NCBI RefSeq assembly: GCF_009914755.1
Contig: NC_060943.1
Reading direction: 5' to 3' (one strand)
Length of the DNA: 64,000 nt
Origin: the human T2T-CHM13v2.0 reference genome, Homo sapiens
Below are positions 34,825 to 57,560 of the stretch, piece after piece. The notes under the pieces were generated by a model. The model was not told the origin of the DNA and did not search any database. It saw only the letters and a program-made list of their open reading frames with translations. Positions within the stretch are counted from its first letter, which is position 1. Every line of letters starts with the position of its first letter. The position numbers and the translations under genes were made by a program.

Positions 34825-36170
34825 AGGGAGAGACCAGAGAAGGAAGAGAGAGACAGAGCTTCAGAGACAGAGAAAAACAGCAGAGAAAAATGCAGAGACA
34901 CCAGAGAGATAAAGAGACACAGACACACATGTTGAGACACAGCGAGAAAAAGAGCAGAGACCAAAATAACAGAGACAGAGACACAGAGAGAGAAATACAC
35001 AGCGGGAAGAGACAGAAATGGACAGAGACACGCAGAGAAACAGAGAGACAAAAGAGACACACAGAGAGAAAAAGAGCAGAGACAGAAATGGAGAGAGACA
35101 GAGAAAGAGAGACAGAAATGGAGAGACACACAGAGGAAAGAAAGCAGAGACCAAAATGGGCAGAGACACAGAGAGAGACAGAGACAAAAGAGACAGAGAC
35201 TCACAGAGACACAGAGAGAGATGCGCGCACACACAGACAGAACTGGACAGGGACACAGAGACAGAGACACAGAGAGACAGAGAGAAAAACAGCAGAGACA
35301 GAGACAAATGGACAAAGAGACAGAGAGACAGGGAGAGAGAGACACACACATACACAGACACAGAGAAAAACAGAGACAAAAATGGACAAAGAGACAAAAG
35401 AGACAGACACAGAGAGACACAAGGAGAAAAACAGCAGAGACAGAAATGGGCAGAGACACAAAGAGACAAAGGGGAAGAGAGACAGAGACACACACACAGA
35501 GGAAAAAAGCAGAGACCAAAATGGGGAGACAGAGACCAGAGAGGGAGACAGAAAAGAGAGAGGGAGACAGAGATGAGGGAGAAACAGGGAGGAAAACAGC
35601 AGAGAGAGAAGTGGGCAGAGACACAGAGTGACAGAGAAAAGAGAGACAGAGACAGAGACAATCACAGGCAACCAAATCATCAGGGAAAGAAATAAACAGA
35701 GGCAGAGATGGAGAGAGACACACAGAGAGGAAAAAACAGAGACCAAAATGGAGAGAGAGACAGAGACAAAGACAAAAGAGAGAGAGGTGAGGAGACAAAG
35801 ATGAGAGACGCAGAGATAAAAGAGACAGAGACAAGAGACAGAAACAAGAGGGAGACAGAGATAAGAGATGGAGATGAGACAGCCACAAAAGAGATGAGAG
35901 AGACAAAGATGAAAGAGACAGAGATAAAAGAGAGACACAGACAAAAGAGAGAGATGAAAGAGACAAAGAGAGGCACAGAGATAAGAGTCAGAGACAAGAG
36001 ACAGAAAGAAGAGGGAGAGAGATGAGAGACAGAGACAAAAGAAGAAGAGACAGAGATGAGAGACAGAGACGAGAGAGTGACAAAGATGAGAGTGACAGAG
36101 ACAAAAGAGAGAGAGGCAGAAAAACAGCAGAGACAGAAACAGGCAGAGAAACAGGCACAGACAGAGAGCC
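34825..36170. repeat. ~1.35-kb GA-rich degenerate minisatellite / low-complexity tract in TINCR intron 1
   Basis: Recurring AGAGACAG, GCAGAGACCAAAATGG and AAAAACAGCAGAGAC motifs; almost no T on the + strand. Confidence 0.93.
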
Positions 36171-36189
36171 CGAAAGCAAGACCTGACAC

Positions 36190-40520
<4,331 letters not shown>

Positions 40521-42819
40521 AATAAAAAATACTAGAAGATGAAGAGGCAACATCAAGGGGGAAAATCTTCCAAAACATGATAGACAAGAGACTGATATCC
40601 TTAATATGTAAAAAGCATCTAGAAATCAATATGGATTAACAAGCCAGTCCAAAAAAGGGTGAAAGACATGAATGGATTTTTGTTGTTGTTGCTTTGTTTT
40701 TGTTTTTGAGCAAACAGGGTCTTGCTGTTTCCCACACTGGAATGCAGTGACACAATCTTGGCTCACTGAAACTGTGTACCACCCCTCCCGGCTAATTTTT
40801 AGTATTTTTAGTAGAGACAGGGTTTCGCCATGTTGCCCAGGCTGGTCTCGAACTCCTGGGATTCAAGCAATCCTCCCACCTCAGCCTCCCAAAGTGCTGG
40901 GATTACAAGCATAAGCCACCACACATGAACGGTTTTCTGAAAAGGAAATACAAACGTCTTCTGGGCATAGGCAAGGGAGTTCATTCTCGCTCATGGTAAC
41001 CTAAATATAAAAAAAAACTACCATGAAATATCTTTTTCTTCTTTTCATCTGTCTGGCTGGTAAAGATGAAAAAGTCTGAGCATTTGCTGTGTTTTCAGGG
41101 TTTTGGGAAAAGAGCAGCCTCATGCTGCTGGGGTTCAGAGTGTGAAATGGTGTAAGCTCTCTGACAATAGCTATTTGAAAAAGGTATAAGCCAGCAGTGT
41201 CCTTTCTGGGAAGGTATCCGTGTGCACAAAGAGAGATGATAACATAATACATGTGCCAAGAAATTTACATGTAACACAGCAAAGTAGGAGGCTGGCATGA
41301 TCCCTGACCTCCTTGAACAAAGGAGGGAAACTGAGGCCCGGAGAGGAGTAGTGGCAGAATGAGAACCCAGGCTGGGCTGGTCACTCTCCGGGGAAGGTGG
41401 GCGGGCTGGCTTAACCTGAAGAACTAGGTCACCATGGCCCCAGCCACTTCCCTATTCAGGCTGAATTCCAGGCCTCGCCCATCATAATTGCTGGTGTCCA
41501 AGAAGGTCAAAGGGAGGCCTGGGGACACTCGGCTTTAACACGGGGAGGCCACGCTGAGCCCTGGGAGTGCTAGGTGCCACTTCCAGTTAATTCTGACTTT
41601 CTCATTAAGCTGTTAGGAAAAGCTCGGTGGCTGTGGGCGACCGGCCCCTGTGCCTGGGTCTGTGGATTAGAGGGATCATGGTTTTTGCCTCGAGACACTG
41701 TATTATCTGTTGCGGGCAATTATGGAAGACCCAGGCAGACAGTGATGAGCTCAGAGAATCCCTGAGCTCTGGAGTCTGGAGGCTCAGAATCGTGGGATCA
41801 CTGAACATGTAGACACTTAGGATCTTAGAACAGCTGGTGTTCAGTCCTCCTGAACAATGTGGAATCTCAGAGCTCTCTAGTGGGTGGGTGGGGGCTCTGA
41901 GCGGTAATCACCATACATCCCCTCTGGCTGTCTTAGGGGAGAAAAAGCTGCAGTAGTAAGTTTTAATAAAGTTCAGCAGGAAGCAAGAGGAATAGGCTTT
42001 TTAAAATGGGCCAGAGTCCAGGCATGGTGGCTCTTGCCTGTAATCCCAGCACTTTGGGAGGCCGAGGCAGGAGGATCGCTTGAGGCCAGGATTTTAAGAC
42101 TAGCCTAAGCCACATAGCAAGGCCCTGACTCTACAATTTTTTTTTTTTTTTTTGAGACGGAGTCTCACTCTTTCACGTAGGCTGGAGTGTCTTTTCACCT
42201 AGGCACGAACTCAGCTCACTGCAACCTCCACCTCCCAGGTTCAAGCGATTCTCCTGCCTCCTGAGTAGCTGAGGTTAGAGGCATGCGCCACCACGCCAGG
42301 CTAATTTTTATATTTTTAGTAGACACGGGGTTTCACCATGTTAGCCAGGCTGGTCTCGAACTCCTGATCTTAAGTGATCCGCCTGCCTCAGTCTCCCAAA
42401 GTGCTGGGATTACAGGTATGAGCCACCATGCCCGGCCAGAATTTTAAAATTAGCTGGGCGTGGTGGTGTGCGCCCCCGTAGTCCCAGCTACTCAGGAGAC
42501 TGAGGCAAGTGGATCACCTGAGACCAGGAGTTGGAGGCTGCAGTGAGCTATGATTGCACCACTGCACTCCAGCCTGGGCAACAGAGCAAGACCCTCTCTC
42601 GAAAAAAAAAAAAAAAAAGAAAGAAAGAAATCTCTTCTACATTACAAGAGGCAAAGTATCTATAATTCCAGAATGTGGCAATGCTAAGGGCAGTGGATAT
42701 GTTACAGATGGGGGCAAGTGGGCCTGGCACCCACCCTCCTTCCCTATTTGCCTACAGGATTGGTGGAATATGCAGCCCCCCCCAACCCACACTTCTCCCT
42801 GCTGCCCAGCCTCTGATGA

Positions 42820-43041
<222 letters not shown>

Positions 43042-43084
43042 TAGTAGAGACGGGGTTTCACCATGTTGGCCAGGATGGTCTTGA

Positions 43085-43756
<672 letters not shown>

Positions 43757-43795
43757 TTAAACAAAGTAGCATTCCTCATATATAAAGAGTTGTTA

Positions 43796-44207
<412 letters not shown>

Positions 44208-44717
44208 CTAATATTTGACAAAAAGATCCAATAATAGTTTTTGTGAAGGTACAAGGCAGTGAGCACTTGCATACATTGCTGGGATAAGTTAGTACCAAGT
44301 CCCATCTTTCTGGAGGGCGAAATGGCAAAGTATATTGAAAGTCTTTGATGGAAAATAACCATAATGACTCACATTTGTTGAGTGACAACCTCATTTATTA
44401 TCTTTTCCCCATCAGAACAGAAACTCCCCAACGGCTATTTTGTCTGTTCTATTCACCGCTGAGTTCCCAATGTCTGAAACAACTCATGCCCCTGATTTTT
44501 ATACCCAGCATGATCCCGTCTACTCAGTTTTCTGAAGTTTGAGAACCGCTGAGCTGAGCTAAAAGGAAAGTTTTTATGCAGACAGACGTCCAAGCATCCA
44601 ATCTATTTAGGCCTTTTTGACAACCCTCAAGTTCTTAGCAGTGAGTGAAGAATTCTCAGGGGCTCCCCACTGACCCATAGGTTAATAGATGTGCTTGTAG
44701 TTATTAGAATTAAATGA

Positions 44718-44942
<225 letters not shown>

Positions 44943-45196
44943 TAATTATTATTTTGTAGAGACAGGGTTTTGCCATGTTGCCCAGACTGGTCTCGAACTC
45001 CTGGGCTCAAAACTAATCTGCCCACCTTGGCCTCTCAAAGTGCTGGGATTCCAGGCGTGAGCCATCACACCCAGCCTGAGATAATTTATCACATTGAGTC
45101 TTTAGCATGCTCCAGGAGTGTTCAAGGTTTTATAAACCTCAACTCACCTCATAGCAATGCTATGAGATAGATGCTAATATCAAGCCCATTTTTTTT

Positions 45197-46229
<1,033 letters not shown>

Positions 46230-47077
46230 GAATATCAGGCCCATTTTACAGATGAGGAAACTGAATGCATAGCATGAAGGCAGTACCCGAGCCAAGGCCT
46301 GGCACATAGTAGGTGCTTAGTTTGAGCAGGATCTAAATCTCGTTTGGTCAGACCCACAGACACACAGCTCCATGAACAGTCGCTCCTGTCTCTCCAGGGG
46401 ACCCCAGGAAGCACTTCATAAATATTTCAGTTCTTGAATTCTTTGGTGACTCTATACAGAGCCGCCAGGAAAGGTGAGCAGGGGCGGGAGAGGCAGCTTT
46501 CCAAGGGGGGCGGAGACATGAGGCACACATCAAGTCACTCGCCAGCCCGGATACACCAAAATGTACACAGCATGAGGAGAAGTCAGTCACACAGAGACAC
46601 AGACACACCCAAGGCAAATACAGCCATGATATGTAGCAAGAGAAAAATGAGACACGTAGTCACATGCGCAGAGACACATGCCCCCCAGAGCAAACACAGA
46701 CACACACGGACACACGCCCCATGACAAACACAGATGCACACAGAGAGACACACGGCCTTAAGCCTCACACACGGAGATTCACCAGATCCACACCCCAAGA
46801 CAGAAGCAGGCACGTCCACTCCTGAGACCAATACAAACTCACTCTAAGAGAAGCACAGACACAACCAGGGCCTTCGCCTACCGGGGGCCGGGTTGGGAGG
46901 CTCTGGAGACCCTCGACCCTTGAGGAAGCCCCCATTCCAGCCTCCACCTGCGCCTCCAGGGCCTCCCACAAAGGTGGTGTTGGGCCCGTGGGGGAAACGC
47001 TGGGCGGGCAGAGAGATGGGGGCTTCCGCGGCAGGAGGGGCCCAACCGGGTCGGCTGCGTTGCAGAGCGTGGCTCTT

Positions 47078-47096
47078 GGGCGCCACCTAGTGGGCA
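47078..47096 (-). promoter_or_regulatory. Candidate CTCF site
   Basis: TGCCCACTAGGTGGCGCCC closely matches the CTCF core (CCACYAGRKGGCRC) and sits in a small CpG-retaining patch. Confidence 0.7.
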
Positions 47097-47460
47097 CATG
47101 GAGTAGAGGGCCCGGCTGCCCCAAGTGCAGATCCACATCTGTGCAGGTCCTGGGTTCATCTGTTTCTGCTTTTGTCTATTTGCGTCCCTGTGTGTGTGCG
47201 TCTGTTTCACTCTGTGTCTCAGTCTCTGTCTCTCTTCTCCCTGAATCTCTCTTTTTCTGTGTCTCGGTGTCTTTATCTCTCCATCCCTCTTTTTTCTCCC
47301 CTTCCCTCCCCCACGGCTTCCCCCACCTCCAGAGCCTGAGGCTTCGTCAATAAGCAAGCCAGGCATCTCCAGTGACCCAGCACACCCCACTTATAGCCGC
47401 ATCTCTTGGGTCCCGTCCCTCAACGGCGTCTTGGTCCCCATGAGTGTCCACCTGCTATGA

Positions 47461-47999
<539 letters not shown>

Positions 48000-49408
48000 T
48001 GATCTGCCTGCCTCGGCCTCCCAAAGTGCTTGGAGTACAGGTGTGAGGCACCATGCCCAGCTGTGCCCACCAGTTCTGCCAGCCTGCTTGCTCCTATGTT
48101 CTGGTCTTTGGAGCAGGGATCCCAAAACTGGAGGCGGCTTGTGGCCCCCCCTGCTGTGTCTTTGTCCAAACAGAGCCAGGGCCCTGAGTCCAGTGTGGCT
48201 CGCCCCTCCTTCCCCAGGGCTGGCTGGTTCTAGCTTCCTGGAGGTGAAAGTGGTCATGGCATGGGGAGACCGGGGACACGGGGACAGTGAGGATTTGGAT
48301 CTCAAGCAAGGAAAGGCCTGAAGAGAGACATTTGAGTGTTACCCTCAAACCCTTCGAGGAGGGCTGGCTCTCTTCTTCTCAAGAAGAAGAAACCCTACAG
48401 GCTGGTGGTCCCATCCCTGATCAGCCACTGCGGCCCCAGGTCCCCATGTTCCTGCCTGCTCTGTTGCTCAAAGGTGCTAGGCCAGGTGCATGGCTCATGC
48501 CTGGAGTCCCAGCTGCTCAGGAGGCTGGGGCATGAGGATTACTTCCAGGAGCTCAAGGTTGCAGTGAGCTATGATCGCGCCGTTGTACTCCAGCCTGGGC
48601 AACAGAGCAAGATCCCATCGCTCCGAAAAACAAAAAAAGGGTGGGAGGCGTGTCCTTTCCTTCCTGGGGGCTTCTGCACACCCTGTTTCTTCTTCTGGAA
48701 AGCCCTTCTGGGGCTCCTTCACTCCTCATGGCTTAGGTCTGTCCAGTCCCCTCCTCCAAGAAGCCAGTCTCATTCCACCCCCAGACAACAGGAACCTGCA
48801 GGCTTGTCTCAGTCATGGCTGCATCTCTGCCATGGAGCCCTGCTCGCAGTAAGTACCCAAGAAGCATTTGCTAAGCTAAATAAGCAAGAAAACAAAGGAC
48901 TCAGAGCCCAGCTCTTGAGCCTGGATTTCATCTTGACTTGCTTGGCAGGGGGCCTTGGCCAAGTGGGTTTCCTTCCTGCTCTGTGCACTGTTTCCCCAGC
49001 AATGGGGACCTTTCCCGGACCACCTGTGAGATCCACCCTGCTGGGTTTCATTTCAGCTGAGTCTGTAAATATTTGGTCTGCTGTGGCCGGCAGCATACAC
49101 GCAGGGGAAGCTTCAGTGCCTTTTACGAGCTCCCCGCGAGGCCTGATATGCGTTTTCTGTGGCTGGGTACACGGGGCACCCCAGTAGTTTCACAGCTCGT
49201 TGGCACGAGGTGGCTATGATTCCAAGACTGGAAGAAGCCGAGAGACACCATCAGTGGCTTCCAGCACTTAACTCCACAGCGTGCAGCATTTGAGAGGCCA
49301 AAGAGGGGCCTCTTGTTTTAAAAACTGTAATGCAACATTATAGATTACAGCTGCAGTAGAAATCGAGCCCAGCGATTCCCCTTCCCTAAGTCTATGGGCC
49401 ACACTTAA

Positions 49409-50087
<679 letters not shown>

Positions 50088-51453
50088 TGATCCACCCGCC
50101 TCACCCTCCCAAAGTGCTGGGATTACAGGCATGAGCCACCGCGCCCGGCCAAAACCTGTATTTTAAAAGGCTGTGCACTGGGGAGATGCAGATGCCTGCC
50201 CCAACGATGCTTATGTGGTGGAGAGTGCCGACAATAAACAATGCTTTAGCGAGTGGTCAGAGCCACGAGGACAGGCAGGTGTGACAAGGCAGAGGGTGAT
50301 GAGGCGCTGCTGATCCAGTGGTCAGAGGAGACCTCTTGCAGGGGGCAGAATTTGAAGGGGCTGGGCATGTGTGGCTGGTCTCCTCAGTCACAGCCAGTGC
50401 CACGCTGTTCTTTTTTGAGACAGCCCTGTCGCCCAGGCTGGAGTGCAGTGGTGTGATCACAGCTCACTGCAGCCTCTGCCTCCTGAGCCCAAGTGATCCT
50501 CCCTCCTCAGCCTCGTGGGTAGCTGGGACTACAGGTGTACACCAGCAGCCCAGCCAATTTTATTTTTTTGTACAGATGGGGTCTTGCTACATTACCCACA
50601 CTGCTCTCAAACTCCTGGGCTCCAGTGATCCTCCCACCTCAGCCTCCCAAAGTGCTGGGATTACAGGCATGAGCCACCGGGCCCTGGTTCACAGACCACC
50701 CAGGAAGCTCTCCCAGGAGGGCAATGTCTCGGGTCCTCAGTACCTTATGCTCCACTGAACCCGGCAGCTGCTGTGTCAATATTTGCAGGTGGAGGCAAAC
50801 ACAGGGCAGCTGCATCTCACGAGGATTTGAGGAGTACGGAGAAGCGGCTCTTGGTGCTCCCGGGAGTAATTTAGGGGCAGTTTCTGGCCCAGTATTGCTG
50901 TCTCTGGAAGCACTGTAGGACATGTAGAGTTATCCTTGGGGTCAACTCTAAAGGCCAAGCGCATGTGCAAAATTATGTACACACTCACGTACGCAGCTTG
51001 CTCACTGGTGCCCCAAACACCTATCCCTTCACCACCGTGTGACCGCGGCACGGGGTGCCCTGACAACCGGGGAGGCTGAGGAGAAGGGACCTCGGGCTGC
51101 AGCCTCAGCTCCATGGCTCGCTACCTCTGGGCGGGTCTCAGCCTCCCTCGGGCTCAGAACCTTCTTCTGCGCTTGACTTTCCCAGGAATTGACTCCAGTT
51201 TCCCAGGGAGCTGCACTGGGCTATGTCTGGGTTTGGTGATGTTGTGTGGCGTCCGTAGGTGTCCTCATATAAATTGGTGGCTGGCCAGGGGGACTAGAGA
51301 TGTCTAACTTGCTTGACTGGTAAGCACATCAGGTGCTTCCCAAAGTGGATTCTGTTGTACACCAGGGTGACGGACAAGGATGCCCACGTCCTAATCCCTG
51401 GGACCTATGAACACACTGGTCTCCAAGACAAAGGGACCTTGCAGATGTGATTA

Positions 51454-51862
<409 letters not shown>

Positions 51863-53455
51863 TCACCATCGTATGACCAGGTAGGAACAGCCTCACCTCT
51901 CCCGTGGGTCACTGGGACTCAAGGAAGCCCTGCCCCTCAATCCGGCAAACCTGTTAAAAGGCACGGCATCCCCGTTAAACGTCGACTTTATGGTTGTTGG
52001 GTTTTTTTGGAATCAAAAGGCCCTGTTCTAACTTTGCCTTTGAAATTATGTGACTAGGAGTCATGCATGCAATTTGAGACTGGCAATCATCGTGGAGGCT
52101 TGGGAGTTCCTTGGGAATAAGAAAATCTAACCTAGGAGCTGTTTTGAAATGTAATGAAATCTTTATGAATACAAAATTTAGCAATTGGTGAAGTTGACAC
52201 ATTTTGTAGCTGTGGAGACATTTCGTAAGGTCTTAATTCTACTTTTTCTTTCTTTTTTTTTTTTTTTTGAGATGGAGTTTCGCTCTTTCACCCGGGACTA
52301 GAGTGAAGTGGCGCGATCTCGGCTCACTGCAACCTCCGCCCCCCAGGGTTCAAGAAGTCTCCTGCCTCAGCCTCTCGAGTAGCTGGGATTACAGGCACCC
52401 ACCACCATGCCTGGCTAATATTTGTATTTTTAGTAGAAATGGGGGTTTCCCCATGTTGGCCAGGCTGGTCTCGAACTCCTGACCACAGGTGACCTACCCG
52501 CCTCAGCCTCCAGAAGTGCTGGGATTCGAGGCATGAGCCACCGCGCCAGGCCATAAGGTCTTAATTCTGATTCTGCTGTTTTCTTTCTGTATGGCTGGAG
52601 CTGGTCATTTCCTCACCGGGACCCCCTCCAGACCTCTGGCATTGCATTTCGCCAGGGCCCCTGTGAAACATGAGCACCCGAGGCTCTATTCCTGTAGGGC
52701 TCCCCAGGGCCTGCCAACATGTATTAAGCATTTACTGTATGCCAAGCTTTTTATGTGGATTAACTAATCTTTGTAAAGATCCCATATGGCAACTACAATG
52801 ATTACTCCCTCCTTCCAGTTAAAGCAGCTAAAGCAGACAGTAATGACCTGCCCGTGGGCAGGCAGGTAGTGAGAAGGCTGGGTGCCAGGCAGTTGGCTCC
52901 TAAACTTGCTCTCAAGAAGCTCCCTGTTTCTGCCCCAGTGGCTCTCATTCCCGTGATGCCCCCACAGCTCCCCCTCCCCTTTAAAAATGTCTTTAAAACG
53001 ATGGGAAATGATACATAACAAAATTCACCACCAAATGGTATACCAAGGCCAGGCATGGTGGCTCATGCCTGTAGACCTAGCAACTTGGGAGGCCAAGGTG
53101 GGAGGATGGCTTGAGCTCTGGAGTTCGAGGCTGCAGTGAGCTATGATCGCGCCACTGCATTCCAGCCTGGGAGACACAGCGAGACCCTGTCTCGTAAAAA
53201 AGGGGAATTGGAATCTTCATATAGTGCTAGTAGGAATGTATAATGGTACCACCACTGTGGAAAAGTCTGGCTATACTTCCAGAAATAAAACACAGGGAGT
53301 TACAAAGTCAGCATAGGACCCAGCAATCCCAGTCCCAGGTATATACACAGGAGAATGGAAAACAGGTGTTCAAACACATACATATCCATAAATGCTCACG
53401 GCAGCGTGATTCACACACAACTGCCCAAAGGGGGGAACCACCCACACGTCCATCA

Positions 53456-54125
<670 letters not shown>

Positions 54126-55692
54126 GAGTGCTTTGTTTCTGCGTGGAACAGAGCTGGTTCCAGGCCCGGCTCGTTGGAAAGGGCAGGGCTCTTCTGCCCC
54201 CATAGGATGTCCAGTGGGACTGGTTCCCTTTCCAGCTCCCATAGAGCAGCCTGGCAGTGGTTGAGCCCCTGCTTCATAGTTCAGGAGGCCACACCCACCT
54301 CCAGGAAGGGGTGCTCCGTGACATCTGAGACACCGAGGTCTGAAAACAGGGCCTGCTCCCAATCCCAGGCTGCCTCCTCAACGCAGGCTAAGCCTGCCTT
54401 TTATTGCCCAACAGGGAAGCTCTCAACCCCAATTTCTAGACTCTGGCTCGTCGGGGAGACAGGCAAGCCGCGAAGACCCCATGTGCAACACAGAGGCGGC
54501 GTGGCGCCCAGTCCACCTGCCACTGGAAAATGACTCCAGAAGCCGCCACCGTGGGGGAGGCTCCGGAATGCGTTCACGGCAGCTCAGGCCCAGACAGGAC
54601 GCCGAGGGCCAGGGCCAACCTGCCTTTCATGCTCTGGTGTCTGTGGCAAGCTGGGCTGGATTTTAACATGGCTTTTTAAAAACTTAACTTCCCAGCGGGG
54701 GCGGGGGGAACTCCAGCAGAACCGGCAGTTGGAGGAGGGGCCTGCGGGTGGCTGTCCTAGATACGGAGGGGAGGAAAAGAGGTCCCCAGCAGGTGGCCCT
54801 GCCAGTTAACTCTCACCACACCACACCGGGCTGGGCTGCCCCTCCCGCCGAGAGGGCACTAGGCCAACCCCATGCACCATCCTCTGCCCCAAGATGCCTG
54901 CAGCCCCTACCCCTGGCCAGCACCAGCTCCGCTCATGCACCAGCAGTTCTGAACAGAACAGCTGTGCCTCACAGTGGCCGGCCCCTGGAGGGCCCTGGCA
55001 CGGAGGGCTGCGCGCATGGGCCGGCAGCCTGCGGGCTACCCCGGCCAGCGAAGTGCCTCATCTGGCACAGTCTTTAAGGAAGAAAATGGGCATCACACTC
55101 AAATGCACTTTTGCAGACAAATGGACATTTCCAGAAGAACGGAGGGACCAGTTCTACCACGTGGGCCCATCACCGAGTCAGCGCCATCCCACTCCTAACC
55201 AGCTGCTGGCAGCAGACACTGAGCAGGACACACTTGGCAGCCAGGGGAGGGGCGGGCCCACCACACACGGACCCTCCCTGACAGAGCCCACCACACACCA
55301 GCATGGGACACAGCCCCAGACTGAGGTGGCAGGGGGAGGGCTCCCCAGGGCCTGGCACGCCCTCACCACTACCCACGCAGAGACAGGCTCGGGGTAAAGG
55401 GATTGGTCTGAGGGCCCTATGGTGCACAGCACCCCCTGAAGAATTCCTAGTTCCCATGGGCTGACTCCCCAGCCTCAGTTTCATCCCATGATGGGAACCC
55501 GGACAGCCCACTTCCTGAGGTGGTTATGACAACTCAGCAGGATGATGCAGGCAAAAGACTTTGGCAGCACCTGGCAGAGCCAACAGTCACCATGTGGTCA
55601 CACCACTGCGCCCAGGGTTGGTCCCATCCCGAGCTCTACGGCCACCAGGACTCACGCATGTGCACGCGCACGCAAGACTGCGAATGGTAAAC

Positions 55693-55767
55693 TTTATTAA
55701 TGGAAAATGGAATGCCTCGTTAACAGAAACCTTGATTTAAAAATGGCAGAACAAGAACACATTTATT
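55693..55767 (-). terminator. Two SAFB2 polyA signals (AATAAA at 55767-55762 and 55698-55693)
   Basis: tttatt occurs twice on the + strand. A GU-rich element (gtcttgcgtgcgtg) follows the distal one on the - strand. Confidence 0.8.
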
Positions 55768-55922
55768 TAAAAAAAAAAAAAAAGTGAGTTCACATTGTAT
55801 TGAGCTACAACATGGTGGCAGGATTTACTTTGCTTTTAAAAAGATCCCCCAAGTTCGAGGGAACCCTGGCTACCAGATTCAACAGTGCGTCTGCCCACCC
55901 GAAAACTCGCAGCGAGTGGGAC

Positions 55923-56079
55923 TTAGTAGCGGCGGGTGAAGTGGGGGTACGGGGGGGGATGAGGGTGTGGGTGAGGGACTCTGCTGCCCCGGTCCTGGCT
56001 GGCCACTCCGCCACCTTCCAGTCCGCCACCTGGCACCACGTGGCCCTGGGAATGTCCACCTTGTGCAAAGCCGCCTCGC
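55923..56079 (-). CDS. SAFB2: SAFB2 last coding exon (RGGFAQGG...[17 protein letters not shown])
   Basis: tttgttcctag| acceptor, TAA at 55925-55923. SAFB-type ...FTRRY C-terminus. Confidence 0.95.
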
Positions 56080-56380
56080 CTAGGAACAAAGTCAGACAAT
56101 TTTTTTCCCCTTGAAGTGCTCAGCGTTTTCATCGTAACATGGGTTCAGTAACGGTCCCGCAGCCTTTAGAGCGCTTGGGTTTTTTTTCCAGGTGAGAAAA
56201 ATCATCATCGCACATTGTATTCCAGGTAACTCAAGAGCGTTATTTGCATAAATTGCAAAGAGCTGCTTTTTGCTTTGTTTTCATAACATCCAACCCAGCC
56301 AGCTGATCAAACATGCAAAAAAGGGAGAGGAAGTGAGGAGCAGGAGTGAACCACCGTCCTCCACGGACGACACACCTTAC

Positions 56381-56447
56381 CCCGCCACTCCACCGCGGCT
56401 TGCCATGTGCCCCGGCCCCGAGGGCCCAGACAGGCCCCTCTCGCCAC
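56381..56447 (-). CDS. SAFB2: SAFB2 exon (GGERGLSGPSGPGHMASRGGVAG)
   Basis: tcttctcttctag| and |GTAAGG. 67 nt, phases match. Confidence 0.92.
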
Positions 56448-56547
56448 CTAGAAGAGAAGAAGGGTCTGCAAACACTCCGTTCCTGGGGAAGCCCCTGGAC
56501 ACATGTGGGGGCCACAGCCACCCTCGTCCCTGGAGCCAGCCCCGTAC

Positions 56548-56660
56548 CTTGCCACCTGGCGTGCTCCCGGCTAGCCGCGCCTGCGTCCATGGCACCCTGC
56601 CAGGCGCGTGCCTGGTGCTCCTCTAGCCGCTGGTTGTGCTCTCCCCAGTCACGGCCACCC
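56548..56660 (-). CDS. SAFB2: SAFB2 exon (GGRDWGEHNQ...EHARWQ)
   Basis: tttttcttttggcaaag| and |GTACGG. In frame. Confidence 0.92.
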
Positions 56661-56769
56661 CTTTGCCAAAAGAAAAAGACATGCAGCCATCTAATGAGCC
56701 TCCAGGGTTGTGTCGGCAGCAGGCGCACCCACCCTGACCTCAGCTGCATGGTGGGTCATGCCACACAAC

Positions 56770-57560
56770 AAGGGCTGCATGTCAAGTGGGCAAATCAAGG
56801 GAAGGGACATTTCCCCAAAGACAGATGTGCTAGTAAGCACGTGAGAAGGTGCTCAACGCCACCCAGAAATGCCAATCCGAGCCACACCGAGATGCTACCT
56901 CCCCCTGGCTGGGATGCTAGAATCACACAATAACACACACCGTGGAGGGTGCGAGGAAAGGGAAGAACCCTTGTCCACTGCTGGTGGAAATGTAAAATGG
57001 TGTGGCCACTGTGGAAAAGTTTGGTGGTTCTTCAAAAAGTTAAGCGCAGAATTACCATGACCCAGCAAACCCATTCCTACCTGCCAGAAATGAAAACATG
57101 GCCAAAGACATCTGTGCATGAATGTTCCTAGCGGCAGGATTCCTAACAGCCAAAGGGAGAAGGACCCCAACACCCATGAACTGATGAGCAGATAACACTA
57201 TGTAGTGTGTCTGGACCATGGAATGTTCAGCCCTAACTAGGAAGGAAGCGCTGGCCCAGGCAGCATGTGGAGATGAGCCCTGAATACCCAAGGCTTAGGG
57301 AGAAGCCAGGCCCAGCAGGCACACCGCGCAGGCCAAGAAATGACTCAAGACGGCAAATCCAGAGCCAGAAAGGGACCTGTGGCTACCAAGGGCAGGGGGG
57401 AGGGTGCAGCTGCTAAAAGGGGCAGGGTTTCTTTTGACGTGATGAAAATGCTTCAGAATCAGCCGTGGGGATGGCTAAACAGATCCACGTACACGCAAAC
57501 CTCCACTGACTGCACACGTGAAACGGGAAGTGTGTGTCGTGTGAACTATACTTAAAGAAA
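56770..57560 (+). mobile_element. Old L1 (L1M-type) 3' region fragment in a SAFB2 intron
   Basis: CACTGCTGGTGGAAATGTAAAATGGTG..GCCACTGTGGAAAA..TTTGG...ACCATGACCCAGCAA pattern. Similar pieces at ~53200-53460 and ~39600-41300. Confidence 0.65.

Noticed and set aside
34347-35966. 539-aa and other long overlapping ORFs on both strands
   Set aside because: Produced by the stop-poor GA/CT low-complexity tract. Open in several frames, with no domain.
48336-49187. 283-aa ORF
   Set aside because: Non-ATG start, runs through an Alu fragment, no recognisable domain or exon structure.
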